Below are positions 11,327 through 21,393 of a DNA stretch of 64,000 nucleotides, piece after piece (positions within the stretch are counted from its first letter, which is position 1; every line of letters begins with the position of its first letter). Under the pieces are notes generated by a model. The model had not been told where the DNA came from and made no database searches. It was given only the letters and a program-made list of their open reading frames with translations. The DNA is from an uncultured Nitrospinota bacterium (GTDB taxonomy: Bacteria > Tectomicrobia > Entotheonellia > J063 > CAVPRW01): positions 352,001 to 416,000 of the forward strand of contig CAVPRW010000031.1 in assembly GCA_963707985.1 (NCBI GenBank), given 5' to 3'. Both the position numbers and the translations under genes were made by a program.

Positions 11327-11980
11327 ATGATCATCGATATGCACGTACACTCGGATGTGTCCGACGACGGCATGGCGAGTGTCGAAACCTATATGAAATG
11401 GCTCGCCAAGCTGCGGCGCAACTACCGCATCGACGGCATCGTGTTCACGGAGCATCGGCTGTTCAACAGCGAGGCCGACTATGAGACCCTTGCCCGTCAG
11501 TATGACCTCCTCATTTTCAAGGGCACGGAGGCGGACACCGACTGCGGGCACGTGTTGTGTTATGGGATGAACGACAAGATCACGCATCACTTTGATCTCA
11601 AGAATGTGCACTTGAGTGGGCGAGAGCTCATCAACGCCATGGAAGACGCCGGTGGCATAGGTATCCCGGCCCATCCAGGGCGGCGGCACATCGGGCTCGT
11701 CGAACATCTCGAAAACGGCTATGACATCGGCAGCTCCCTGCGGGCTGCAGAACAACTCAACGGTGGCAGTAGCAAACAGGAGAATGCCCGCGCCGAGCAA
11801 CTCGTCGCCGCGCGCCAACTCTCCGGCATCGGCGGCAGCGATGCGCATTTCGTCAGCGCTGTCGGCAAGTTTATGACCGCATTCAAACGCCCGGTCCATA
11901 GTATGCAGGACCTGGTGGAACAATTGTACTCGGGTGACTATCATCCTATCACCCTGGAAGAGGCCAAAATCCACAGCTAA
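11327..11980 (+). CDS. PHP-domain metal-dependent phosphoesterase
   Basis: DMHVHS, FTEH, GHVL, AHP, GGSDAH. Confidence 0.88.
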   Translation: MIIDMHVHSDVSDDGMASVETYMKWLAKLRRNYRIDGIVFTEHRLFNSEADYETLARQYDLLIFKGTEADTDCGHVLCYGMNDKITHHFDLKNVHLSGRELINAMEDAGGIGIPAHPGRRHIGLVEHLENGYDIGSSLRAAEQLNGGSSKQENARAEQLVAARQLSGIGGSDAHFVSAVGKFMTAFKRPVHSMQDLVEQLYSGDYHPITLEEAKIHS

Positions 11981-12000
11981 GCCGACGAGGAGAGGGCGCC

Positions 12001-12456
12001 GTGATCGAGTTCGATCAGAGCATCCTAGGCAAGGAATTTGTGTTGGGCACATTCCAGGTCACCGAGGACATGATGCTCGCGTATGCGCAAGCCGTCGGTG
12101 AGACCAGCCCGCAGTATGTCGATCCGGAAGCGGCCAAACACACCGGCAGTAGCGGGCTCGTGGCTCCGCCGATCTTCTACGATGTGTTCCGTGCCGAGCA
12201 AATGCCCGACCCAAAAGTGCAATTTGGCAAGATCTCTTTCAATGCCGGACAGCGGTGCGAGTTCTACGCTCCGATCCGGCCTGGCGACACGATCACGCTG
12301 AAGGCGCGGATCACCGACGTGTATGAAAAAACGGGACGCACGGGCAAGATGGTGTTCATCATCCGTGAAACCACTTACGAGAACCAGCAGGGTGAGAAAG
12401 TGGCTGTCGTGGAGCAATCACAAGTCCGACGCGAGTCTGGGGCAGCGCGGGAGTGA
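12001..12456 (+). CDS. MaoC/hotdog dehydratase, N-terminal-type subunit
   Basis: YAQAVGE, LVAPP, PIRPGD, YENQQGE. Confidence 0.85.
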   Translation: MIEFDQSILGKEFVLGTFQVTEDMMLAYAQAVGETSPQYVDPEAAKHTGSSGLVAPPIFYDVFRAEQMPDPKVQFGKISFNAGQRCEFYAPIRPGDTITLKARITDVYEKTGRTGKMVFIIRETTYENQQGEKVAVVEQSQVRRESGAARE

Positions 12457-12463
12457 GGCAGAC

Positions 12464-12895
12464 ATGAGCGGGAACGCGGTGTATTTCGAGGATGTCGACA
12501 TTGGGGATGAGATCACCCCACTGCCGATGAATCCGACACACGAGACGATTGCAGCATACGTGAAGGCGTGCCACATCACCGAAAAGCGGTTTACAGACGA
12601 TGCGTACGCCCGTGGCCTGGGGATGGATGGTATCATCGCGCCGGGTAACATGGGGTTGGCCTATCTATCCCGGATGATCAACGACTGGGCCCAGGGGGCG
12701 GTGCTCCGCAAGCTCGACGTGCGCTTCCGCGGCTTTGTCAAGCCGGGCGTGCAACTGACGTGTAAGGGACTAATCGTGGAGAAACACGTGCGCGGCAGTG
12801 AGAACTCCATCGAATGCGATGTCTTCATCGAGAATGAAAACGGAGACCGGCCCGTAGCTGGGAGCGCCACGGTGATCTTGCCGACGCGTGGCTGA
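12464..12895 (+). CDS. MaoC/hotdog dehydratase
   Basis: YFEDVDIGDE, GIIAPG, VRFRGFVKPG. Preceded by GAGG SD. Confidence 0.85.
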   Translation: MSGNAVYFEDVDIGDEITPLPMNPTHETIAAYVKACHITEKRFTDDAYARGLGMDGIIAPGNMGLAYLSRMINDWAQGAVLRKLDVRFRGFVKPGVQLTCKGLIVEKHVRGSENSIECDVFIENENGDRPVAGSATVILPTRG

Positions 12896-13355
12896 GGACG
12901 CCCCGTTCTCGACGTCATGGATGCCTCTCTCAAACATCTCCGCTTTTGATCCGCTGACCTGGCCCCAGCCCGGCGTTCGTGCTGACGCCGTGTTCTCTGG
13001 GCGCGGCTGAGGGCGGGGGTTGTGCCCGTCCGGTGTAGTCCTGCACCAACGCTTACCAAGTTCGCCCGTGAATCCCGAGGAGGACAGCACCTTCGAGCAG
13101 AGCTGCAGCCGCCGCCAGGTGAGGGAGTAGTGTTTTCAATCTAGCCCGACCCTGCCATTCTGTGCTACTCTCAGGAGCCTTGGATGGTGGCTTGCCGTCC
13201 CTTCAACTGAGGGGTCAAAGCACGCACGTTTCTCGGCGCGACGCTCGCCTTCGAGGTGTCGGTCGCCACTGTACAACTGTTGGTATCCGTCTGTATCAAG
13301 GGTTCGATGCCCCATCGCTACTGTTGATCGTGTCACAGATACGGCGAGGTGTTCT

Positions 13356-14180
13356 ATGCAAGTCTCACCCCATGTCTATGTTATGCATATCGATGATGGT
13401 GCGGCGTTCCACCCAGGTGGCAGCAACAATTACTTCGTTGGCGACCCACGTGAAGCGATGGTGTTGATCGACACCGGGGACCAGATGCGCGAATGGACGC
13501 AGAGTCTTCTCGACTATTACCAACAATTGGGACGTCCCAGAATCAGCGCCATCTTCCTCACACATAGTCATCATGACCACATCGGCGGCCTAGACCGCAT
13601 CTATGAGGTGATGCCGGCTCCGGTACGGTGCCATCCTCAGCTCGTAGCTAAGTTGCAAACGATGGTCCCGAAAGACGCTGTGGTCGCACTTCAGCCGGAT
13701 GAAATGGTGGCGACCGGTGGTGGCGTGACTTTGCAAGCGCTGTTCACGCCGGGCCACGAGGTTGACCACGTGAGCTACTACCTCGGTGAGGATCGCACAC
13801 TTTTCACTGGCGACTGTATCTTGGGGGCATCATCAACTACCGTCCGGGACCTGGCGAGCTATATGCGGTCTCTGGAGTTGTTGACCAGCTACGCACATGA
13901 GACCATCTGCCCGGGCCATGGTCCGGTGGTGCCACCGCCCCGCGGGGCGGAACTGGTGCGCTGGTATATCGACCATCGACAACAACGCGAACAGCAGGTG
14001 TTGGCCGCACTGGGCAAGGGATTAGGCACGGTGGAGGCAATTACTCGGGACGTCTACCCGTCCGACCTGCCCGCAGGACTGCGGCGCGGCGCTGAGCAAA
14101 ATGTCGCCACCCACCTGGAAAAGCTGGCGAAGGAGGGACGCGTCCAGGAGATGCCAGCGCAGTATCATCTGCGACCCTGA
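13356..14180 (+). CDS. Metallo-beta-lactamase-fold hydrolase (LACTB2-like, winged-helix C-terminus)
   Basis: THSHHDH, TPGH, FTGD, PGHG, HRQQRE, HLEKL. Confidence 0.88.
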   Translation: MQVSPHVYVMHIDDGAAFHPGGSNNYFVGDPREAMVLIDTGDQMREWTQSLLDYYQQLGRPRISAIFLTHSHHDHIGGLDRIYEVMPAPVRCHPQLVAKLQTMVPKDAVVALQPDEMVATGGGVTLQALFTPGHEVDHVSYYLGEDRTLFTGDCILGASSTTVRDLASYMRSLELLTSYAHETICPGHGPVVPPPRGAELVRWYIDHRQQREQQVLAALGKGLGTVEAITRDVYPSDLPAGLRRGAEQNVATHLEKLAKEGRVQEMPAQYHLRP

Positions 14181-14320
14181 CCGCGCCGCAAGTCTATTCT
14201 TACATCTGGGTCAGAGCGAGGTTGCCTGTGCTTCCCGCTCCGAGTATAATTATCCCCCATACTGGTTGCACGATGACCATTTGAGGCCGACGTTCTGTCG
14301 TCACGCATGATCCCGAGGCC

Positions 14321-15988
14321 ATGCCTATGACTGTCGAACTTGCTTTCCTGACCATCGCGGAGGCGTCGGCGCTGATCCGGACGCGCCAACTCTCCCCGGT
14401 GGAATACGTTGAGGCGCTCATCGCACGCACGGAGACGTTTGACCCACAGTTGCATGCCTACATCACCCCGACGTTCGACCGGGCGCGTCAAGCGGCGAAA
14501 CAGGCCGAGCATGAGATCATGGCCGGCACCTACCGTGGCCCGATGCACGGCATCCCATTCGCGTTGAAGGACATCTATGACACCCAGGGGATCCGCACCT
14601 CGGGACATTCTCGAGTCTGCCTCAATCGCGTTCCCAAGGCGGACGCGACCGCGACGGCCAAACTGTCTGAAGCGGGCGCCATCCTGATGGGCAAGCTGGC
14701 CACACATGAATTTGCGCATGGCGGGCCCTCTTTCGACCTGCCGTGGCCGCCGGCACGGAATCCCTGGCATCTCGCCCATTTCACGGGTGGTTCCTCGAGT
14801 GGCTCCGGCGCAGCCGTGGCTGCAGGGCTGGTGCCGATGGCGTTGGGATCCGATACCGGCGGATCGATCCGTGGTCCGGCTTCTTTGTGTGGCGTGGCAG
14901 GATTGATGCCGACCTTCGGCCTGGTCGGTCGCGGTGGCGTCATCCCCAACTCGTTCACCTTCGATCATTGCGGGCCGCTGGCTCGCTCTGTCGAAGATTG
15001 TGCCATTGTTCTGCAAGTGATCGCGGGCTTCGACCCTAGGGATGCAGGCAGTATCCAGCAGCGCATCCCTGCGTACCGCACGGCACTGCAACGGGATCTG
15101 AAGGGTCTCAGGATCGGCGTGCTCCGTCATCACTGGGAGGAGGACCTACCGGCCTCGGAGGACGTCAGCCGGGCCATGGGAGAGGCGTTGCAGGTCCTGA
15201 AGAGCCTTGGCGCCGAGCTTGAGGACTGTCACGTGCGTTCGCTCCAGCACTATTTTGACGTCAAGGTCATCATCGCTGAGACCGAAATCTTCACGATTCA
15301 CCAGCCAGACCTGGGGGCTCGACCGGGAGATTTTGGTGCCGACTTCCGCGCCCGTGTGTTGCCAGCGGTGCTCTTCACTGCCAATGATTATGTGCGGGCC
15401 ACACGTGAGCACCGGCAGATGGTGGCGGAGATGGCCCCCCTCTACGAGCGCTATGATGCTTTTATTACCGCAGGCCAGGGCGAAGCCCCACGTCTCGATG
15501 CACATAGGAGTCTCGCTTTCTGGCAACGACCTAACCTGTTCACCGCAGCCAATGTCACCAGCCAGCCTGCGTTGGAGGTTTGCAATGGTTTTGGCGCTCA
15601 CGGCCTGCCACTGGGGATGCAGATCCTCGGCCGCCCTTTCGACGACGCGACCGTGCTCCGTACCGGCCATGCCTACGAGCAAGCGACCGATTGGCATCGC
15701 CGGCATCCGCCGCTTCGTGAAGGTGCCGAAGTGCCCATCCTGACCCCACCACCGCTACTAGCCGGGACCGCCAACCATACCGATGAGGCCATACGGGAGG
15801 CGTGTGTCTACGCAGCGCAGCGTGCAGGACTCACACTGAGTGACGAGCAGTTTGCGCAACTCCTCGAAGGGGCGCCTTATGCGCTCGGCATGGTGCAACG
15901 CTTGAGACGCAATCACCGCTATGAGAACGAGCCCGCCAACGTCTTCTGTTTTCCGGCGAGCTTTTTGACACCCCCGAATCGCGCCTGA
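14321..15988 (+). CDS. Amidase-signature family amidase (GatA/AtzE-like) with C-terminal extension
   Basis: GIPFALKD, GGSSSGSG, GSDTGGSIRGP, GLPLGMQ. Confidence 0.9.
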   Translation: MPMTVELAFLTIAEASALIRTRQLSPVEYVEALIARTETFDPQLHAYITPTFDRARQAAKQAEHEIMAGTYRGPMHGIPFALKDIYDTQGIRTSGHSRVCLNRVPKADATATAKLSEAGAILMGKLATHEFAHGGPSFDLPWPPARNPWHLAHFTGGSSSGSGAAVAAGLVPMALGSDTGGSIRGPASLCGVAGLMPTFGLVGRGGVIPNSFTFDHCGPLARSVEDCAIVLQVIAGFDPRDAGSIQQRIPAYRTALQRDLKGLRIGVLRHHWEEDLPASEDVSRAMGEALQVLKSLGAELEDCHVRSLQHYFDVKVIIAETEIFTIHQPDLGARPGDFGADFRARVLPAVLFTANDYVRATREHRQMVAEMAPLYERYDAFITAGQGEAPRLDAHRSLAFWQRPNLFTAANVTSQPALEVCNGFGAHGLPLGMQILGRPFDDATVLRTGHAYEQATDWHRRHPPLREGAEVPILTPPPLLAGTANHTDEAIREACVYAAQRAGLTLSDEQFAQLLEGAPYALGMVQRLRRNHRYENEPANVFCFPASFLTPPNRA

Positions 15989-16167
15989 CCATCGCACCTC
16001 GCGCGGCCCCCACAGCGTCTCGATGCAGGAAACGCCACTGCTGTGGAGCAAATCACACACACCCGCTGGCCGCACCAGGAAATCCTCCAACGTGTTCACG
16101 TTGGTCAGCTGTCCCCCCTGGCGACCGATCAAATCGTCGATGAGGTTCCACGACAGGGCTCTTTCTA

Positions 16168-16365
16168 GGGCTGTGGCAGATTTACTCTTCCAGAGTTTTC
16201 GAGTCTGTCAGTCATGCCATGATTGCTACCTCATGACGGATTTTCCCCTGCCAATCGACGTGTGAGACAGAACATGGTATTCAGGACGCTGGAACAGGTC
16301 AAGCAGGTGCTAGCGGCATGTGGTTGGCAGAGCAATACGGCCTTTGTCCAGCGGCTCACAAGGTC
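16168..16365 (+). pseudogene. Probable IS1-family transposase fragment
   Basis: Translation QVKQVLAACGWQSNTAFVQRL resembles the NTAFVER motif of IS1-like transposases. Confidence 0.45.
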
Positions 16366-16480
16366 AGCACCGTGGTTTGGGGTCGGCTCACATGGGATAC
16401 ATAGGTGATGATCGAATACCGCGCCTTCATCTCCGGCAAGTCCTAGATACTCTGATACGTCAGATGCTTCAGGTCGACCG

Positions 16481-18479
16481 TCATGGCCGCAGCTCCAATT
16501 CTTTGCCTTCAAGCTTGAAAATGCGATCGCGCAGCTCTGCGGCGCGTTCGAAGTCGTAGCGGTCAGCAGCGGCTTTCATGTCTTTACGGAGCTTCTTGAT
16601 GAGCCTGTCCAGCTCCGCTTGCGAATGGTATCTGGTCTTCTTCCTCCGCTGCCAGCGGCACGGTCGTGTAGTCCGCTTCGTAGACCGAATGCAGTATGTC
16701 GCTGATCGACTTGACGATGCTCTCCGGCGTAATGCCATGGTCCTCGTTGAATTGACCCTGCAGCTCACGACGGCGATTGGTCTCGTCGATGGCGACACGC
16801 ATCGATTTGGTGACCGCATCGGCGTACAGAATCACCTGACCGTTGACGTGGCGCGCCGCCCGGCCGATGGTCTGAATGAGTGACCGTTCAGAGCGCAGGT
16901 ACCCCTCCTTATCAGCGTCGAGGATGGCGACCAGCGAGACCTCGGGGATGTCTAACCCTTCACGCAGCAGGTTGATGCCGATGAGCACATCGTATTTCCC
17001 CAGGCGCAAGTCGCGGATGATCTCATGGCGCGCCAGTGTATCGATGTCGGAGTGCAGGTACGCCACCTTCACGCCCAGCTCCTGATAATACTCGGTGAGC
17101 TCTTCAGCCATGCGCTTGGTGAGGGTGGTCACCAGCACCCGGTGCCGCCGCTTCACCCGCGCGCGGATCTCCTCCAGCAGATCGTCCACCTGCCCACGCA
17201 CCGGGCGCACGCTGAGCTCGGGGTCCATGAGCCCTGTCGGCCGAATGATCTGCTCCACGACGCGGCCATTGGCCTGGCGTAACTCGTAGGGGCCGGGCGT
17301 CGCCGAGACATAGATCACCTGACGTACCATGGCCTCGAACTCCTCAAAATTCAGAGGGCGATTGTCGAGGGCCGAAGGCAGGCGAAACCCATACTCGACC
17401 AGCGTCTGCTTGCGGGCACGGTCACCGCGATACATGCCGCCGGTCTGGGGCACGGTCACATGACTTTCATCGATACAGAGGAGGAAGTCATCCGGAAAAT
17501 AATTGAGCAACACCCACGGCGGCTGCCCAGCCTGGCGCCCATCGAGATGGCGCGAGTAATTTTCGATACCATGGCAAAAGCCCATCTCGCGCAGCATCTC
17601 GAGATCGAAGTGGGTGCGTTGGGCCAGGCGCTGGGCCTCAAGCAGCTTGCCCTCACGCATCAACGCTTGCAGGCGCTCCTCCAGTTCCACGTCGATATCC
17701 GCGATGGCGCGTTTCAAATTCTCCTGCGTCGTCACGTAGTGGCTGGCCGGATAGATGGCCATCTTCGTCAGGCGCCGTAACGGCTCGCCACGCAGGGGAT
17801 CGATCTCCCAGATGGCGTCCACGACATCGCCGAAGAACTCCACCCGGATCGCCGTCTCCTCTTCGTGCGCTGGGAAAATATCCAACACATCGCCGCGCAC
17901 CCGGAAGGTGCCGCGATGGAAATCCATATCGTTGCGTTGGTACTGGATTTCGACGAGTTTATTGAGGATGTGGTCGCGGGTAATCTCCATTTGATCCTGG
18001 AACAGGACCAGCATGCTGCGGTAATCCTGCGGCGAGCCCAAACCATAGATACAGGACACACTGGCCACGACGATCACATCGCGGCGTTCCTGGAGCGAGC
18101 GGGTGGCGGAGTGGCGCAACTTGTCGATTTTGTCATTGATCGAGGCATCCTTTTCGATGTACGTATCGGTTTGGGGGACATAGGCCTCAGGCTGGTAGTA
18201 GTCGTAATAGCTCACGAAATATTCGACCGCATTGGTGGGAAACAACTCTTTGAATTCGGTGTAGAGCTGGGCTGCCAGGGTCTTATTGGGGGCGATCACC
18301 AGGGTCGGTCGGTTGACTCGAGCGATCATGTTGGCCATCGTAAAGGTTTTGCCTGAGCCGGTGACTCCGAGCAATACCTGATGTTTGCGTCCCTGCTCAA
18401 GGCCCTGCACGAGCTCTCGAATCGCGGCTGGTTGGTCCCCTTGCGGCTGATACGTCGAAGCAAGCTGGAATCGATCCAT
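16481..18479 (-). CDS. uvrB: Excinuclease ABC subunit B (1-nt frameshift near 16640)
   Basis: [36 protein letters not shown]. The UVR domain (FERAAELRD) lies in the shifted frame 16481-16640. Confidence 0.97.
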
Positions 18480-18688
18480 GACGTGGTTCCCACTCCTTCC
18501 GTTCGGATGCAGCCGGTGGCAGATGGCAGCACGACATACTTTCTGAATGTACCGCACCCGTCGAAGTCCGCGCAAGCGTGTACTTCGACGCGGCCGTGCG
18601 CCCACACTTGACATAGACATTTCCGTGCTGGGGCCCGCTTCCAGCAGGAAAGAGCGTTAGAAGCGAGCCTTATCGCGACAGAAATTGG

Positions 18689-18716
18689 TTGACAATCGTG
18701 CCACTACACCTATAAT
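18689..18716 (+). promoter_or_regulatory. Consensus sigma70 promoter
   Basis: Exact TTGACA-N16-TATAAT. Confidence 0.8.
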
Positions 18717-18742
18717 GACAGCCTAATTTTGAGTTATCTCTC

Positions 18743-18865
18743 ATGAGCGCAGGCATGATGATCAATCGATCAGTGTCGCATCAGTCGCATAGCTCCCCGG
18801 TGAACACCTGGCCTTGGCGTGGGTGGCAGGTGCACGGGGGCAGCTACGGCCTCAAGGAGGGATGA
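18743..18865 (+). CDS. Putative Trp-rich leader peptide (uORF1)
   Basis: MSAGMMINRSVSHQSHSSPVNTWPWRGWQVHGGSYGLKEG: three Trp within six codons. Its stop overlaps the next ATG (ATGA). Confidence 0.5.
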   Translation: MSAGMMINRSVSHQSHSSPVNTWPWRGWQVHGGSYGLKEG

Positions 18866-18912
18866 TCTCACATGTAGAGCTGGTCGGTGGGATGCCGTGG
18901 GTTGCCTGTTGA
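18862..18912 (+). CDS. Putative second leader peptide (uORF2)
   Basis: MISHVELVGGMPWVAC. Its Trp codon (18898-18900) lies in attenuator segment 1 and its stop at the start of segment 2. Confidence 0.35.
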   Translation: MISHVELVGGMPWVAC

Positions 18913-18981
18913 TCCACGGTGTTCCTGACAGGAAAAGCACCGGGCCAAGCCGTGGATCGTTTGCGATTCACGGCTTTTTTT
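18890..18981 (+). promoter_or_regulatory. Transcription attenuator with mutually exclusive 1:2, 2:3 and 3:4 helices
   Basis: 1 ggatgccgtgggtt (18890-18903), 2 gatccacggtgttc (18911-18924), 3 aagccgtggatcg (18947-18959), 4 cgattcacggctt plus T-run. Confidence 0.75.
18947..18981 (+). terminator. Intrinsic terminator inside the leader
   Basis: aagccgtggatcg-tttg-cgattcacggc followed by seven T. Confidence 0.85.
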
Positions 18982-19009
18982 ATTGGCTTCTGCCATGGAA
19001 GGGGACTCC

Positions 19010-19309
19010 ATGAAGTACTCGGTGCTGGAGCAAGCTCTGCAGGCCTTAGAGACTTCGGACAAACGCATCCTGCAACTCCTCATTCTACGTCGTCAGCTTG
19101 CGACACAGCTGGCCCAGGCCATGCCAGGCCAGGAAGTCGCACCCAGTCTCGACGAGCGTGTCGCGGCCGTCGTGTCACGGCTGGCTCGTGGCAATCCAGG
19201 GCCTCTGAATCACCAGCGACTGGCATCCCTGTTTGAGGCTATCATCGGGCTCACAGAGCCGCTCTACATCACGCTTTCAACCGGAAATGGCGCGGCAAAA
19301 AAGGGTTGA
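19010..19309 (+). CDS. Small chorismate-mutase (AroQ/type II)-like protein, degenerate
   Basis: LETSDKRILQLLILRRQLA...ERVAAVVSRL...NPGPL...LFEAII follows the AroQ pattern. SD GAAGGGGA. Confidence 0.6.
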   Translation: MKYSVLEQALQALETSDKRILQLLILRRQLATQLAQAMPGQEVAPSLDERVAAVVSRLARGNPGPLNHQRLASLFEAIIGLTEPLYITLSTGNGAAKKG

Positions 19310-19334
19310 CATCCTTGGGGGGTTATCTTACAGT
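19306..19334 (+). promoter_or_regulatory. sigma70-type promoter for etfBA
   Basis: TTGACA-N17-TACAGT. Confidence 0.65.
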
Positions 19335-19517
19335 ACCGGCATCATTGATGGTAATCGCTGAAGAAATCATGCAATTCGGTATGCCTCGCCAGCTAGGCCC
19401 TGGCGGCGAAATGGCGAATGTTGATCGCCAACATCGTCGCAGCGGGAGGAGATCGACAGACATTGGGTAGGGGTCAGCAACACCACTCAATGGCACGGGC
19501 GAGAAGGAGGGAAACGT

Positions 19518-20324
19518 GTGCCGCTAAACGTGATCGTCTGCATCAAGCAGGTGCCGGATTGGGAGGCCCCTGCCGATACGTTCAAGATCGATCCTGAGCG
19601 GAATAAGGTCATCCCTCCCCCTAATATCGACCCACGGATTAGTCTGTTCGATGAGCACGCCATCGAGGCCGCGTTGCAACTCCGTGAAAAGCACGGCGGT
19701 AAGGTGACCATCGTCAGTCTGGGACCCGATTTCGCTCAGCGCGCCGTGAAACAAGCCGTGGCCATGGGCGCCGATGACGGGATTTTACTGAAAGATCACG
19801 CCTTTGAGGACTCCGACACGTACGCTACCGCCTATATCCTGGCTGAGGCCATCAAGAAGATCGGCGCGTTCGATCTGATCCTCTGCGGACGCCAGGCGGC
19901 TGACTGGGACGTTGGGCAGGTCGGAGTCGGTGTGGCGGAGCTCTTGGAGATTCCCTGTGTGTCGATTGCCCAGAAGATCGAGGTGTCCGACGGCAGGGCG
20001 GTGGTCGAACGCCTTGTCGAGGGCGGCTACGATGTCATGGAAGTGGCGTTGCCTGCCTTGATCACTGTCAGCAACGAAATCAACAAGCCGCGCTATCCGA
20101 CGTTGCGGGGCATCATGGCCGCCGGCAAGAAACAGATCCCGACGTGGGATGCTGCAGCCCTCGGCATCGATCCTGCCCACACCGGAGCGCGGGCTGTACA
20201 GGCCAAAGTCTTGAGGCTCTATGTCCCCGTCCACGAGGCTCATTGCGAGTTGCTCGACGGCGACACCGATGAGGAAAAGGGTGAAAAGCTCGCCCTGCGA
20301 CTGCGCGAGGCAAAGCTGATCTAG
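19518..20324 (+). CDS. etfB: Electron transfer flavoprotein beta subunit
   Basis: VCIKQVPD, AMGAD, CGRQAAD, PRYPTLRGIM. Confidence 0.95.
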   Translation: MPLNVIVCIKQVPDWEAPADTFKIDPERNKVIPPPNIDPRISLFDEHAIEAALQLREKHGGKVTIVSLGPDFAQRAVKQAVAMGADDGILLKDHAFEDSDTYATAYILAEAIKKIGAFDLILCGRQAADWDVGQVGVGVAELLEIPCVSIAQKIEVSDGRAVVERLVEGGYDVMEVALPALITVSNEINKPRYPTLRGIMAAGKKQIPTWDAAALGIDPAHTGARAVQAKVLRLYVPVHEAHCELLDGDTDEEKGEKLALRLREAKLI

Positions 20325-20340
20325 CGATCGGAGAAGTGGT

Positions 20341-21348
20341 ATGACGGCAAATGGAGCACGAGGCGTGTTGGTGGTGGCAGAGCTCAGTGATGGCAGGCTC
20401 GCTGGCATGGCGCAAGAGCTTCTGGGTGCCGGGCGCCGCCTTGCCGATGCGCTGGGAGAAGAGTTGGTAGCTGCTGTGCTGGGTAGCCAGGTCGGTGACA
20501 GCGGTGCCGAAGCCATCGCCTATGGTGCGGATAAGGCCTACGTGATCGACGATCTACTCCTGGCCAGCCCGCAGCCTGACGCCTATGCCGCGGCGCTAGA
20601 ACATCTCTGTCGGGATATACAGCCAAACATTCTTCTGTTAGGGAAAACCTCGCTGGGGATCGAGGTGGGGCCGCGGTTGGCGTTCCGGTTGCACACAGCG
20701 CTCGGCTCGGATTGTACTGATCTGCGTATCGATACCGACAGCAAACGGCTGATCATGACGCGTCCGGTCTTCGGGGGCAACGCCATGCTGGAGATGGCTT
20801 GTGCCGATTGCTTCCCCCAAATGGCCAGTGTCCGTGGCAAAACGCAAGAGCCGCTGCCCCGTGACGAGACTCGCCAAGGGGAAGTCGTGAATCGCCCATC
20901 CGGTATCGATGCGGCAGTCGTGCGAGCTAAGTTCATCAGTCGGAACAAAAAAGCGGTGGAAGGCATCACACTGACCGGCGCGCCGATCGTCATCTCCGGC
21001 GGTCGAGGCCTGAAGGGTGCAGAAAATTTCAAGTACCTCAAAGAGCTCGGCGACCTCCTCGGGGCCGCGGTTGGAGCCTCGAAGGCCGCCGTTGACGAAG
21101 GTTGGGTGCCCTCGGAGCTGCAAGTGGGGTTAACAGGGGTCACGGTGACACCTAATCTCTACATCGCGGTGGGGATTTCTGGCGCGGCGCAGCATATCGC
21201 TGGCATGGGATACTCGAAAAATATTGTCGCCATCAATAGAGACCCGGATGCCGCGATCTTTCAGCGAGCGCACTTCGGCGTCGTAGGCGATTGGCAGAAG
21301 GTCGTTCCAGCCTTTACACGCAAATGTAAAGAGCTTCTGGAAAAATAG
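20341..21348 (+). CDS. etfA: Electron transfer flavoprotein alpha subunit
   Basis: RPVFGGN, SGGRG, QVGLTG, LYIAVGISGAAQH, AINRD. Confidence 0.95.
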   Translation: MTANGARGVLVVAELSDGRLAGMAQELLGAGRRLADALGEELVAAVLGSQVGDSGAEAIAYGADKAYVIDDLLLASPQPDAYAAALEHLCRDIQPNILLLGKTSLGIEVGPRLAFRLHTALGSDCTDLRIDTDSKRLIMTRPVFGGNAMLEMACADCFPQMASVRGKTQEPLPRDETRQGEVVNRPSGIDAAVVRAKFISRNKKAVEGITLTGAPIVISGGRGLKGAENFKYLKELGDLLGAAVGASKAAVDEGWVPSELQVGLTGVTVTPNLYIAVGISGAAQHIAGMGYSKNIVAINRDPDAAIFQRAHFGVVGDWQKVVPAFTRKCKELLEK

Positions 21349-21393
21349 ACGTCCAGCGGGGCGTCACCCTTTTCGCTAGCAAGGGTCGTAGCG

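Noticed and set aside
12896..13355. 460-bp intergenic region as an ncRNA
   Set aside because: No recognisable motif, terminator or convincing structure.
16584..16660. Programmed frameshift in uvrB (and in gcvT)
   Set aside because: No clear slippery site or stimulatory structure; similar indels are scattered across the window.
18850..18960. T-box or SAM-I riboswitch interpretation of the leader
   Set aside because: There are AGAG and GGTG-like words, but no UGGNACC bulge before the terminator and no SAM-I core.
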